A stretch of 64,000 nt of DNA from Octopus vulgaris (Eukaryota). The translations under genes and the position numbers were made by a program. The notes beneath the pieces are model-generated. The model was not told the DNA's origin. It ran no database searches and saw only the letters and a program-made list of their open reading frames with translations. Shown one piece after another: positions 1 to 13,650 of the stretch. The DNA is taken from NCBI GenBank assembly GCA_951406725.2, contig OX597816.1, positions 96,472,001 through 96,536,000 of the forward strand, given 5' to 3'. Within the stretch, counting starts at the first letter, position 1; every line of letters starts with the position of its first letter.

Positions 1-1082
1 CTACAAAACGAACGCATTTGAACGCTTGAGAATAAATCCACGCCCTAGCAATTCATCGGAGAAATTGGTTAGAAGACGATTCTTTTATATATAACAGGTA
101 TCGTGAACGGAGAAAAAGACAATGGTTACATTTAAAGAGAATTATCCATCCCCGCGCAAAATAAAAAAAAAAAAAACACACTTTCGCAACCACGCAACAC
201 TACTGACACGGCGGCAGGATGCTTACAGTGAATAACCTCTGGGGACGTGGGTCACACCGGCAAGTTCTCTGTGGGCCCAAGCTTTGTCCGAAACTCTTAA
301 ATTTCCTGCAAAGTCTCCCCAGATGAATGCAAGCTAATACTAAGATACCCAACAATCACCGACATTAAATTTTAATTGCAAAAGTGTAACACTCTGTAAG
401 TAATCGTTAAAGCATATCTATTATGTATCTTCATACAAAGTTTGTGCAGAACTCAATAACCGTAATTTAAGACCACCTCATATACATAAATATATACAAA
501 CATACAATAATACATACATACATACATACATACATACATACATACATACATACATACATACATACATACATACATACATGTATGCATACATACATGCATA
601 CATACATACATACATGTATGCATACATACACAAACACTTATATACATAGAATGTATGTATATCAGATTATTATAGTTAATAGAAAGCATTGTGAAATAGA
701 GTAATTGTGTTTAAGAAACCCACTTAAATGCAAGTATGGATATAAATGAGTGTAAACAGACGCAAAACCAATAGAAAACGAACAATGGTTTGCATCTTTA
801 TTGGTTTTTAAATTCAAAATATTGAAATAGAAGGTAGAAATGTAAACCATTGTTCTGGTGCTTTTGGTTTTGATTCTGTTTACACTTTATTTTCTAACTA
901 CATTCTAGTGGATTAGTAATAGTAAAAATATAAAGAATAATATATCCAGAAAGAATTATGTATATACTGAAACACACATACACACACACACAGACACACA
1001 TATATACACATGTATATATATATAAATAAATAAATATATATATGATTACCTACATACACGCATATATATGCATTTATATATA

Positions 1083-1149
<67 letters not shown>

Positions 1150-1540
1150 ATATATATATATATATATATATTCGAGACCACGCGTTTCCCGACTCGTGAG
1201 TAGACTTTTCTTTAACTACAAATTATTTTCATAAATTTAAGCAAAACTACACACTCTTATGAGAGAGTATTTATTTATATATACACCCCATCAACACCTT
1301 CTGTTAACAAAAGGATCACCCACACAATAAAAAATAGAAAGAAAAATGAGAAGATAAGAAAGATAAAATTACTGCAAGCTCATAATTCAAATACAATCAC
1401 ATATTTCTCAGTATTCCAGCAAATATCCTGTACAATATATTCTATTCTACATACTTCTCCCTAAACAAAGAACACATTTTAAAAAAATAATCAACAAAAC
1501 AAACAAATAAAATAAAACTTAGTAAAAATTATCCACCGGA

Positions 1541-2141
1541 ATGGCTAGCCATCAAAAGTCAAAAAAAAAATTGGTCTGATAATGAAATTGATGTTCTTAT
1601 AAATACATGGCATTGCCTTACCCAAACGGAAAACATAGGTGCTTCGTGTCTGAACGAAATTGCTGAACGGACAGTTCATATTTTGCTAACTCGATCTGAA
1701 CAGCAGATACAAAATAAATTAAAGCAAATCGAAGTTGTTTTTAAATTAATTGATAAACACTTCGATAAACTGAGATGTGTTTTCTCTTCGAACACATCGC
1801 CGGCGCAACAACAACAACAACTTCCGCAGCATGAACAGCAACAACCTCAGCGGCAACAACAACAGCGGCAGCAACAACAACAGAATGAACCACTCCTTGA
1901 TTCATCTACAATCGACAATTTGTTAAACGAAACGATTGACCCCCCCCCCCAGTCACCGGGGTCTCACAGCAGGAAGCACCATCCCTTCCTTTTACTGCCC
2001 CAGTAGCTCAATCATCATCACTGTCAACATCATCTCTTCTGCCTACTACTACTATTACTACAAACACTATCAAACCAAAAACCTCTTGGTCTACCGCTAT
2101 CTCATGGAATCAATCATCATCACTGTCAACATCTCTTCCGC

Positions 2142-2194
<53 letters not shown>

Positions 2195-2772
2195 ACCTCA
2201 AGGAATCTACCTCCTACTACTTCCACTGGTCACAAAGGTCGCCAAAACCTCGACAATCTATCATCCACACCTCTCACAACTCACACACGCACCCACGCAC
2301 CCACTCGAAACCCCATCATTTGCCGTTATTCTCTCCGCCATAGATTGTGCACTGATAGAGACTGCACATTCACCCATTTACCCGGGACAAAACGCATTAT
2401 CCCCACAAACTACAAAAACCACCACCCTATTACAACACCACCACAACCACCAAAAACTCAAACAAGGAATCCCCAAATCTGCCGCTATTCCCAGCGAGAC
2501 AGATTGTGTTTGCACAGGGATTGTCCCTTTACCCATCTCCCGGGGACTCGTCGGACAATAATAATAAAAATAAAAACCAAAAAACCTACGACTCATATAG
2601 AAATAACCACTCATATAAAAATAACCACAACCACAGTCACCTACAGTTCCCTAGACAGGAAACTTCTTCCTCTTTTTTAGCTATAATGAATCTAGCAAAA
2701 GAACTGGAAAAAAACATCCGAGCTATCACCCACCACCATCCACCACTATCACCCCACTGCACATGCCATTAA
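1541..2772 (+). pseudogene. CR1 ORF1 (frameshifted): Myb/SANT-like N-terminus, polyQ and Ser/Thr linker, two C-x8-C-x4-C-x3-H zinc fingers
   Basis: ATG 1541, shifted in the A10 run. From 1572 it reads WSDNEIDVLINTW...LNEIAERTVHILLTRSEQQIQNKLKQI, in frame with ORF 1683-2006. Fingers CRYSLRHRLCTDRDCTFTH (~2321-2377) and CRYSQRDRLCLHRDCPFTH (~2480-2536). Stop at 2772 overlaps the ORF2 ATG at 2763. Confidence 0.7.
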
Positions 2773-5762
2773 AAAGCAATCAAATAAACAAATCACCAAA
2801 ACAATTAAAACCATCCACTCTCACCTCAACATTTTTGCTTAATGCCCAAGGCATCAGCCCTTCCACCAATACCCAAAAATGGAAGATAAAATTCCTGGAG
2901 GACTGGGTCGATGCCCATCCAAACCACATCCCTTTCTTCGTCCTCACTGAAACCCATCTTAGTAACCTTCACTTGGAAGCCGAGGTGAAAGTTAAAAATT
3001 TCAAAGCCATTCGTGCTGATCGTGCTGGCAAAAGAAAGGGTGGGACTGCCATTTATGTTCATGATTCATTCTCAACAGAAGCTATGAACATATTTTCCAA
3101 TGGATACTGCGAAGCAGTCGCTGTATTCAGTCAAACCAACAACTTAACAGTAGTTGGGCTCTACAGACCACCCCGAACGCCCCTACCATGACTTCAAGGA
3201 ATGCCTCAACAACATAAAGTGTTTCATTTAGCAGTGTCGACCTGACAACATTTTAATAATGGGAGACTTCAACCTTCCCGGGGTTGACTGGTCTACAAAC
3301 AGTCTGCCGCCAGGTTCTTCTCTCTTAACCCCTGACAGGGAGGCAGTGGAATCGCTTCTTGACTTCATGGATGATTTCTTCCTGTCCCAACTGGTGCTCG
3401 AACCAACGAGATGTCATAAAAACGTCTTAGACTTAATTTTCAGCAATCACACTGATACTATCCACAATATTGCAGTGGAGAAAACCCTACTCTCTGATCA
3501 TGACATGGTTCTCTGTGATCTGAGATTTCACTGGCCAAAATGCAAAACAAATGCCATCCCTCCTGTTCATCCATTTGACACTATGGATTTCCACAATGCA
3601 AACTGGGAAGCGATCAATAATGATCTTGCACAAGTCGATTGGTCCTTCACGCACACCCACTAACATCAAAAAGTCCTGGCAGTCATTTGTAGACACCATT
3701 ACGAACATATGTGCAAAACACACCCCATTAAGATCTGCAAACAAATCTAAGTGTCGAATCCCTAGAAATAGAAAATCTCTCATCAGGAAAATTAAAAGAA
3801 TTAACAAAAAAATCAACAAGCTGAAATACTGTCAACAGGAACACACCAACCTGACTGCCATCTCGTCGCTAGAGATTAAAAAACATAAACTCCAAAACAA
3901 CATGATGTCTATCATCAATAGTCAGCGAAGAGCTGAAGAGGCCTGGGCCATTGAGAAGATCAAACTCAATCCCAAAGTGTTCGTTTCATTTTCAAAAACA
4001 CACAGAGTCACTGGTTCTACTGTTGGCCCTCTGATTGATGAAAATGGTACTCTTCAAGACAATGCCAAAACCATGGGAGAGATATTGCAGAAACAATATT
4101 GCTCTGTTTTCAGCAATCCTGATATGACTGATCTGGGCTGTATCAGTGATGTTACTCCCCAATACACTTTATCGGACGCTCCTGATGTCTTAGCAGCAAT
4201 AAAGGAAATGAAGCCTAATTCAGCAGTAGGTCCCGATAGGTTCCCTGCTTGTGTCTTGAAGATCTGTCAAAACCAACTTGCACCCCCTCTAGCCAATCTG
4301 TGGCGGAACTCACTGGATGCTGGATATATACCAGAAGACCTTCTATCCCAGTCTGTTGTCCCAGTTTTCAAAAAAGGAAACAAATCGCTTGCCGTGAATT
4401 ACCGTCCAATCTCACTCACCTCTCATATCATTAAGGTATTTGAGAGAGTGCTGAGATCGCGTATGACTCACTTCCTTGAGAGTCATAATATGCTGAACTC
4501 CAACCAGCATGGATTCCGTAATGGAAGAGATTACCTGACGCAGCTACTGCATCATTTTGATGACATTTTGAGAGCCTTGGGAGAGGGTTCCAACACTGAT
4601 GTCATCTACCTTGATTTCAGCAAGGCCTTTGACAGGGTTGATCATAAGATCCTTTTGAGAAAGCTGTCCAATATTGGTGTCACTGGAAAGCTGCTGCAGT
4701 GGATCAAGTGCTTCCTGTCTAACAGAACCCAACATTTTGTAGTCGAAGGAGTCAAATCCAGCCCAGCCAAAGTCAGCAGTGGTGTCCCACAAGGCACTGT
4801 GTTGGGCCCACTTCTCTTCATCATCTACATAAATTATATTACTGACACCATCAAACACAGTAACATCAGAACCTTCGCTGATGATTCCAAGCTCCAGAAG
4901 GTCATCAATGGCGTGGATGACCGAATAAGCCTTCAGTCAGACCTACTGGCTGTTGTCCAATGGGCGGAAAAGAACAACATGTTGCTAAACGAAGACAAAT
5001 TCGAACTGATCCACTTTGGAAGGGAGGACGCTCTGAAACTCCCATACTCCCTTCCTTCTGGAGAAATTCTCATGGCGTCCAACAACATCAGAGACTTGGG
5101 AGTAACAGTGGACAACAACATCAAGCTGGGCTACACATATAAGCAGCAAAGTTGACATGGCCCGCAGAATGTGTTCCTGGATTCTCAGAACCTTCCAGTC
5201 GAGAGATTCCCACATTATTATCCTTCTCTTCTCCACTTTTGCCCGACCCCACCTTGAATACTGCTGTCCACTGTGGTCTCCCTACACAAAATAAAATATT
5301 ATGAGAATTGAAGCTCCCCAAAGGTCAATCACAAAAAAGATAGATGGCATGTCAGACCTTGACTACTGGGGTAGACTAGAGAAGCTGAAACTGTATTCAC
5401 TCCAACGACGCCGTGAACGCTATATTATCTGTATGATGTGGAAAATATTCCATCAGCACTGTCCGAATGATGTTGGCATCACCTTCAAAATACATCCAAG
5501 GCTTGGACCACGTGCCATCCGTCCACAACAAAAATCTAAATCGCATAACATAACGACAATACGGCACAATTATTTCACCTCAATTGGACCCGCTCTCTTC
5601 AACATTACATCAGGACACGTCAAAACAGAAACTGACCACACAAAATTCAAGAAGTCTTTGGATAAATTCCTTCAAACAGTCCCGGACAAACCACCCACAC
5701 CCGGATATGTCTCCGCAAACAATAACTCTCTGCTCGAATGGGCCTCGGTGCCCAAATCCTGA
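2763..5762 (+). pseudogene. CR1 ORF2 endonuclease-reverse transcriptase, broken by stops and frameshifts
   Basis: ORFs 2763-3191, 3259-3663, 3551-5155 and 5301-5762 give APE, RT and the C-terminus in order. Confidence 0.92.
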
Positions 5763-5879
5763 ATTGAAAGACTTCGCCAGGTGGTGCTATTAAGTTAGAC
5801 ATGGCCTGGGCCAATACTGGCCAAAACCTTTCTAAGCTATTCTAAGTTATATGTATATATATATATGTGTATGCATATA

Positions 5880-6100
5880 CTCTCTTTTACTTGTTTCAGT
5901 CATTTGACTGTGGCCTTTAGTCGAGCAAACCAACCCAGGACTTATTCTTTGTAAGCCTAGTACTTATTCTATCGGTCTGTTTTGCCGAACCGCTAAGTTA
6001 CGGGGACGTAAACACACCAGCATCGGTTGTCAAACGATGTTGGGAGGACAAACGCAGAGACACAAACACACACATACATATATATACATATATACGACGG
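5880..6100 (-). mobile_element. 3' portion of a SINE family also seen at 21170 and 34165, truncated where the RTE begins
   Basis: Ends in ...tatatacgacggg, the reverse complement of the (ccc)gtcgtatatat segment at ~21325; the RTE 5'UTR follows immediately. Confidence 0.55.
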
Positions 6101-9100
6101 GATTCGGGCCCCTATCCAAGGTTACGGAAAGGAGACAACCTTCAAAGAAATCCGGAGTGGAGCCCCGAAGGCGGTTTAGCGTTCGACTCGACACTCTTCC
6201 GGCGGCTCCTGCAACCAAGCTGGTGCCAAATGTAATGCTCTGCACTCCTTTGGACTACATCAGCAAGGTCGAGAGAGGAAACCTGACGATTGGGCTACCC
6301 AGGACTTACTTATCTCTAGCCCAGGCCTGCGCAAAACTGGAGAGGACACTTCAGTGCTGCTGTAAAAAGCTGCAAAAACAACACGGGAGGTAACAGTCAC
6401 GAGTGATAAGTCCATCCAGATTGGCGTAAGATATGGGCGCTACGGGTTACCTCTGACGGTGGGAGGGACCTCCGTGTCCCCTATTGGTTAGCTACTGCCC
6501 ACCTCAAGCTGGGCAGCCCCCAGTTAATAAGGTTCTGACCCGCCACAGGCCGACTGCTTCATTGGGTGCTTGGAGCTAAAAGTATGACTTGAAAAGCGGC
6601 CTGCAACCTCTGCACCAGGCAAACAACTAAAAGTAAAAAAACCACCAGTCCTGCGGTTGGCAAGCTGGGAATGTCAGGACCATGTGCCCTGAAATATCTG
6701 ATGATCTACTCAGGGTTGAAGACACAAGGAAAACGGCCATCATTGACCGTGAACTAAAGAGGCTCAACATAGATATTGCTGGGCTACAGGAGACAAGACT
6801 TCCCTCAAACGGCAAACTCAAAGAACAGGATTTCACCTTCTTTTGGCAGGGAAGAGATCCAGAAGAACCTCGTCAATATGGCGTTGGCTTTGCAGTGAGA
6901 AACTCATTACTCTCCTCAATAGAACCATCATCAGGAGGCACTGAGCGTATCCTCTCACTGCGCCTCTCGACTTCTTCTGTCTCAGTACATCTACTCAGCA
7001 TCTATGCTCCCACTCTCTACAGCTCAGAGGAGACCAAGGACCAGTTCTACAAAGATCTCAACTGTATCATAGAAAATATACCAACGACTGAAAATATCTA
7101 CCTTCTAGGGGATTTTAACGCTCGCGTGGGATCTGACCATGATTCGTGGCCCATTTGTCTTGGACACTTTGGTATTGGCAACATGAATGACAATGGTCAG
7201 AGACTACTCGAATTCTGCACATACCATAACCTGTGCATCACAAACACATTCTTTACCAACAAGCCATCCCACAAGGCATCTTGGAGACATCCAAGATCTC
7301 ACCACTGGCATCAGCTGGATCTCATCATTACACGGAGATCCTTTCTGAATTCTATTCTATTGACCCGCAGTTACCACAGCGCGGATTGTGACACAGACCA
7401 CTCACTAATTAGAAGTAGGGTGAGGATTCTGCCTAAAAAAGTCCATCGCTCCAAGAAAGTGGGCCGACCACGCATTAACACTGCCAGAACCTCGGACCCT
7501 ACACTGCGAAAATGTTTTGCTGCTTCTATCAAGGTTGCCCTCAGTAGCTGCCCAACCTCCTCTGCTGAAAGTAGGTGGAACTATATCAGGGAAGCTTTGT
7601 ATACGACATCAATAGATACTTTCGGTATGAGAGAAAGGCAAAACCCAGATTGGTTCAATGCTGGGCTCTCAGAGCTGGAGCCAGTTATCGAAGCAAAGCG
7701 TGCAGCTCTGATGCAATACAAGAGTGACTCTTCTACAAAAGTCACTCGAAGAACTCAGAAAGGCAAGAAATAAAACCCAACTGACAGCCAGACGCTGTGC
7801 AAATAGGTATTGGCAGGAAATCTGTCAGAGTATCCAGTCAGCTGCTGACGGGGGCGACAACCGTGGGATGTATGCCGGTTTGAAGAAGGCCCTCGGTCCA
7901 TCCGCAACCAAGTCAGCCCCTCTGAAATCAACTACTGGAGATCTCATCAGGGATCAAAGCAAGCAAATGGATAGATGGGTGGAGCACTACCAGGATCTCT
8001 ACTCACGGGAGACTACAGTGGCTGAGGCTGCAGACGAGAGTGTCAAGATCTTGCCAGTCATGTGCGAACTTGACAGTCCGCCATCTATAGCAGAGCTCAA
8101 TAAGGCTGTTGACTCCCTAGCAAGAAACGAGGCTCCGGGAAAAGACGGCATCCCCTCAGAGATCATCAAAACCGGCAAAAACACCATCCTGCTTCGGCAC
8201 CTTCATGAGCTTCTGTGTCAGTGCTGGGAAGAGGGTACAGTCCCTCAGGATATGCGGGATGCTAACATCATTACGCTTTACAAAAACAAAGGTGACCGTG
8301 GTGATTGTAACAATTACCGTGGAATATCTCTTCTAAGCACTGTTGGAAAGACCTTTGCCCGCGTTATCCTGGCCAGGCTACAACTACTTGCTTCTCGAAT
8401 CTATCCGGAATCGCAGTGTGGCTTTAGAAGAAGCAGATCAACTATCGATATGATATTCTCCATACGCCAACTTCAGGAGAAGTCCAGGGAGCAGAAAACG
8501 CCATTATATATGGCCTTCATTGATCTAACAAAGGCCTTTGATTCGGTAAGCAGAACAGGCCTCTTCATCCTGCTCCAAAAAATCGGATGTCCACCAAAGC
8601 TGCTGAGGATCATCAAGTCTTTCCATGATGATATGCAAGGCACCATACAGCACAATGGTTCAACATCAACCACCTTCCAAATAAAAAACGGGGTAAAGCA
8701 AGGTTGTGTCCTCGCTCCTACATTGTTTGGCATCTTCTTCTCGCTCTTACTCTCACGTGCCTTTCAGACATCAGATGATGGAGTGTTTCTGCACAGTAGA
8801 AGTGACGGGAAACTGTTCAATCTCTCGCGCCTGCGCTTGCCAAGACCAAAATCAGAAACGTCCTGATCAAGGAGATGCTATTTGCTGATGATGCCGCTCT
8901 GGTATCACACACAGAAGAAGCCCTCCAAATGCTCAGTAACTGTTTTGAGTAAACATGTAACGACTTTGGCTTAAGAAGACCAACATCATGGGTCAGGCTA
9001 CATCGGACATCCCAATACAAGAGGTGGAGAAGTTTACCTATCTTGGCTCTACCGTCACCTACAACCTATTCCTTGACTCTGAGCTCAATATACGCATTGG

Positions 9101-9868
9101 CAAGGCAGCTGCTGCGATGGCCCAACTCTCCAAACAGGCTTGGGACAAAAATATGCTGACCAAGACCACAAAAATGAAGACTTACCAGGCATGTGTACTT
9201 AGCACTCTACTGTATGGAAGTGAGACTTGGACGCTATACACACGCCAAGAGCGTCGCCTAAACATCTTTCACCTGCGCTGCCTCCGGAAAATCCTCCGCA
9301 TCAAATGGCAGAATCATATCCCCAACAAAAATGTCCTCAAGCAAGCAGGAATACCAAGCATGTTTGTACTCCTCACACAAAGACGTATGAGATGGTTTGG
9401 GCATGTTAGCCGTATGAAATATGGCAGAATCCCCAAGGACATACTCTACGGAGAGCTTGCTAGGGGTACTAGGTCTGTGGGTAGACCGTTCTTACGTTAC
9501 AAGGATGTTTGCAAAAGGGACATGAAGGCCTGCAACATCAATATTAGCGGTTGGGGGGCAGTTGCCAGCAACTGTGGAGACTGGCGACGTACCGTAAAAG
9601 AGGGAATACAAAGGAGTGACAGAGATAGAGAGGAGAAATGGAAAGACAAGAAAAAACGTCAACAAGAAACTATGGCATTACAACCAGCCAGGAACAGTCT
9701 TCGCTACATTTGCGGTACCTGCCAGAGGGAGTGTATGTCCAGGATAGGACTACACAGCCACAGCAGGAAATGTATCAGGACATGAAATGTAAAAGCCGGA
9801 CTAGACTACTTTATGCGCAACTCCATTGTCTCCTGAGACAAAAATGATGCCAACCAACCAACCAACCA
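6101..9868 (+). mobile_element. Near full-length, decayed RTE (BovB-like) LINE with (CAAC)n tail
   Basis: APE WNVRT, GLQETR, GVGFAV, GDFNAR, TDH (6682-7773); RT NYRGISLL, QCGFR, FIDLTKAFD, GVKQGC (7724-8866), MLFADDAA at ~8875; C-terminal LYGEL and C2H2-like CGTC..SRIGLHSH (8988-9785); tail caaccaaccaacc at 9851-9868. Confidence 0.92.
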
Positions 9869-10039
9869 TATATATATATAACAATTAATAAGAGGAATGA
9901 CCACTAAAGTGGATTCCTATATACTAAATATAGACGTCAAATCGCCTTACCTTGAAGAAAGTGTTCTCAAGAAAAATATCTCTGCACACGCCAGAATGTA
10001 AAAAATAAGCAAGACAAATGAAAATATAGAAAATAAAAC

Positions 10040-10111
10040 GATTACCTACGTATCATGATTTCATCATAAACACTTGCAAAATGCAAGGATCTGTAACTCC
10101 TCAGCGTAACC
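10040..10111 (-). ncRNA. Degenerate type I hammerhead-ribozyme-like motif (Penelope pLTR/retrozyme type)
   Basis: Minus strand: GGTTACG-CTGAGGA-[GTTACAGA..CTTGCA TTT TGCAAG..TTTATGAT]-GAAA-TCATGATAC-GTA-GGTAATC. Core boxes are present and stems I and II can pair. Confidence 0.45.
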
Positions 10112-10236
10112 TATCATATTTCTTCGGATTTATCTCTTTTTTTTAAATAGCTAGATCACTGGTTTAAATTGATATTAATTGAATGATATCAATTTCTACC
10201 CTCATTATTTACCGTATATATATATATTTATATATA

Positions 10237-10272
<36 letters not shown>

Positions 10273-10323
10273 TGTATGTATGTATGTATGTATGTATGCA
10301 TTTATGTATGATATTAATATGGT

Positions 10324-10386
<63 letters not shown>

Positions 10387-10389
10387 GGG

Positions 10390-10580
10390 AGAGAGAGAGG
10401 TGTGAGAGTTGGTATGTGAAAGCACGTGTTTGGATGTATAAAGGACAAAATAGAGTGAAAAAACTACATGATATTTTGAGATTTATACATCTCTTAGTCG
10501 GCCTGCAATAAAAGGCGGGGGTGTCTGTACTCTTTAGAGAAGACCTGAATCTCGAGGTTCGTATGATCTTCCTCCAGCCG
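10390..10580 (+). mobile_element. Short L1/Tx1-like APE N-terminal relic after a (GA)n tract
   Basis: 10478-10575 aligns by eye with 42858-42960 (gattt.tacatctcttagtcg..c.g.aata...gg.gg.gg...ctg.atctcgag). Confidence 0.45.
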
Positions 10581-12037
10581 TGGCTAACTATAAAAATGAC
10601 AAAGTGTGGTTGAGTCCGACATATTTCAATTAACCACTTACGAGCCTTCTGCCCACTGAACAAATACAGAAGTCACCCGCCTTTTCTGCCGACACCTTTG
10701 TCACAACGGCACAACCAGCAGCAAAAGCAGCAGCAACATCAGCATCGATACCGACAGTATCAAGACCAAGAATAATTTTCACCAAAATGAACAACAGAAC
10801 TTCACTACATCAGCAATAAACACCAACACCACATCCAAGAAAAACAAAAAAAAAAAGCATTATACTGGGAATTGACGGAGATTAGTCGATAACTTCGTGC
10901 TAAGGTTCTTGACTGATACTTTATTTATTGATACTGAGAGAATGAAAGGCAAGGTTGATCTGGACAAATAAATTTGAATCAGAATGTCGGAACAAATAGA
11001 GCAAATTCTTTTTTCCTACACCCTAACTTTGCTGCCAGCTCACCGTTTTCAACCATGTCATGTTAAGAAAATTTTAATAAAAACAGAAACGGTCAATTTA
11101 ATTACTGATAATTTTATAAGAGATCGAACTTGTGAATATTCCTTACTCAGACGTGTCAAAGTGTATTGCAAATATTTCCTTTACAATTATTTCCTGACAT
11201 CAGTAACCGAATGATCTGCGAAATTAATGTTGAAAAGACTAATATAATCATAAACTGTTTATAGGCAGGTAATCTGTTCATCATTGATCTCCTTCAAGAT
11301 CTTTCGTTATCTCCAGACGAATCACGAAATCTATAACTTGTTAAATTGAAGTAATTTTATGCTAATTGATTTTCGTTATTTGAAGTGATCGACTCTTCGA
11401 TCTCCGCGATGCGCTTTCACTTTTCCACTGACTGAAATATTCGAAAAATTATGGTCTAAACAGTTAGGTATTCCAGAAGCACATATACCCTTTACTAAAC
11501 TCTCAGGTCAAATCAAAATACCATAATATAACAAGGATAACTTTGTGAAGTAAAGGTATAACAAGAATAAAAAAGCGAGAGAGAAAATTTATACTAAACA
11601 GTTTTATTTATCGACTGCAAGATTTGAACATGGAATGAAGAGATCTTAAAGAAATACAGAAAGGTATTCTATTCAATACTAACGTTTCTGCCAATTAGAC
11701 ATCTTTTCGTTATTTGATAGCAGTGAAAAATTCAAATGGCTTAACTATTTGACAACAGGTTAAAATTTCCAACGCAATATTATTCGTTAAATGTGGTAAA
11801 GAATAGAATAACAATCAGTATAGAAAAATACTGAGATCGTAAGATATTTTTAATTCCTCATTAAAGCTATTTCACTTAACTATAAATGCCATTGACAAAG
11901 CCTGACAGTCACATTTCTCATTTGTCTTCCTCTAAAATAAAGACCATTTGTGTCTTTTAAAGAAGAAATCAAGAACAAACTTTTCAAGAAGAAATCAAGA
12001 AACAGATTAATTTCGGTTTCAATATTGATGATGGGGA

Positions 12038-12650
12038 AAGGCGGCGAGCTAGCAGCAACGTTAGCACGCCGGGCAAATTGCTTTGCGGTGTTTCGTCTGC
12101 CGTTACGTCGATTAAATAAGTACCAGTTACGCACTGGGATCGATGTAATCGACTTAATCCGTTTGTCTGTCCTTGTTTGTCCCCTCTGTGTTTAGCCCCT
12201 TGTGGGCAATAAAGAAATAAGAAATGTTAGTACACCGATGAAATGCTTAGCGGTATTTCGTCTATCTTTACGTTCTGAGTTCAAATTTCACCGAGGTCGA
12301 TTGCCTGACATCCTTTCGGGGTCGATACATTAAGTACCAGTTGCATACTGGGGTCGATCTAATCGACTGGATCCCCTCCCACCAAAATTTCGGGTCTTGT
12401 GCCCAGAGTAGAAAAGAATATTGATGAAGGGAAATACGGCGGTAAGCTGGCAGCATCGTTAGCACATCGATCAATATTTTTAGCAGCATTTCGTCCGCAT
12501 TTAAGTTCTAGGTTCAAATTCCGCCGAGATCGATTTTGCCTTTTATCCTTTCGAAGTGGATACGATAAGTACCATCAAATGCTGCAGTTGATGTGATCGA
12601 TTTGCACCCATCTCAAAAACTGCTGGCCCTGTGCCAGAATTTGCAACCAA
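12038..12650 (+). mobile_element. Three head-to-tail copies of a tRNA-derived SINE
   Basis: Repeated ggcg..gagctggcag..cgttagcac...gagttcaaatt (B-box-like) and central gtcga.tttgcctttcatcctttcggggtcgata.ataagtaccag, resembling the Sauria/MetaSINE-type domain. Confidence 0.75.
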
Positions 12651-13224
12651 TTGACGATTTGGAACGGAGAATAGATTTTTGTTTAAATATTTTAGTCTTC
12701 TTATTCATATTTATAATCTATCTCTGTGAGAACTTACTTTCTAGTGAATAAGGGGAAAATCTAAATTTTCGATACCTAAAGAAAAGCTGCAATGCCCATA
12801 CCCTAATCTAACATCATTATAGATACAACTGAACAGATTAAGCAAATATTTAACTGAGAATTGAAATCAGATCGTATTTCCTAGACATTGAAATTTTCTT
12901 TATCGTATCAACTTTTCAATAGTATCATTTTGCAGTTCAATGGTCTCTAACAAGGAATTGAGGGAAACAAAGCGACGAATTTGGAGGTTAGAAAACTAAG
13001 TACTAATTTGAGAGTTCATAGCTTTCTCAATGGTATCCAAGCTATATCTGTGGGTGGTGACTTGATTCAAATACTAAACTAGGCTACTTAGGATACAGCA
13101 AGTGGCAAAAAATATATTTTCTATGATACAACTTGCCACAGGTTGCAAAATAATGCATGGTTTTAGAGCACTCCCTTTAAGAGATAGAACAAATCGAATA
13201 TATATATTCTCGGTCTACGCGTGC

Positions 13225-13650
13225 ATTGGGATTCAAGGAAGGAAGTCCGATAATGCTGCTTCGGAATCAGGAACCACGGATACTCTGTAATAACAAACGA
13301 CTGGTTGTAAAAAAAAATCTAGTCCATGTCATCGAAGCGACCGTTTTAATGGGATGGGGACAAAGGAACGACGTATTTATTCCAAGAATTTTCCCTCATT
13401 CCATAAGGAGGGATATTCTCGTTTAATTCAGAGATTCCAATTCCCAATCCGTGTCAGCTTTGCGATGTCCATCAACAAGTCCCAAGGCCAAACCCTATTT
13501 GTGGCTAGCCTTCTTTTGGTAGAGTCATGTTTTTCACACGGACAACTGTATGTTGGCTGTTCAAGAGTGGGAAGCAAGACGGATCTTTTTGTCTTCGCCC
13601 AAAACAGGAAAACACGGAACATTGTATACAAGGAGGTGCTGCAATCGCAA
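13225..13650 (+). mobile_element. Helitron Rep-helicase (Pif1-like) C-terminal fragment
   Basis: GSPIMLLRN..LCN..RLVVK; QFPIRVSFAMSINKSQGQTL; FSHGQLYVGCSRV; TRNIVYKEVL; frameshifted. Confidence 0.88.

Larger units (their letters stand above)
1171..5850 (+). mobile_element. Near full-length, decayed CR1-group LINE (5'UTR, ORF1, APE-RT ORF2, 3' hairpin and short terminal repeat), flanked by (TA)n
   Basis: APE motifs LNAQG, LTETHL, GGTAIYV, GDFNLP, LDLIF, SDHD; RT motifs NYRPISLTS, QHGFR, YLDFSKAFD, GVPQGTVLGPLLF, FADD; CR1-like C-terminus (RPHLEYC..WSP, LYSLQRRR). 3' end has GGCCA-ATAC-TGGCC hairpin then (TTCTAAGYTA)x2. 5' boundary inferred from the end of the (TA)n. Confidence 0.9.

Noticed and set aside
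12038-12650. tRNA genes
   Set aside because: The B-box-like motifs belong to SINE heads; no complete cloverleaf is seen.
13225-13650. Host PIF1 helicase gene
   Set aside because: Intronless, frameshifted C-terminal fragment with a Helitron-type ending (TRNIVYKEVL).
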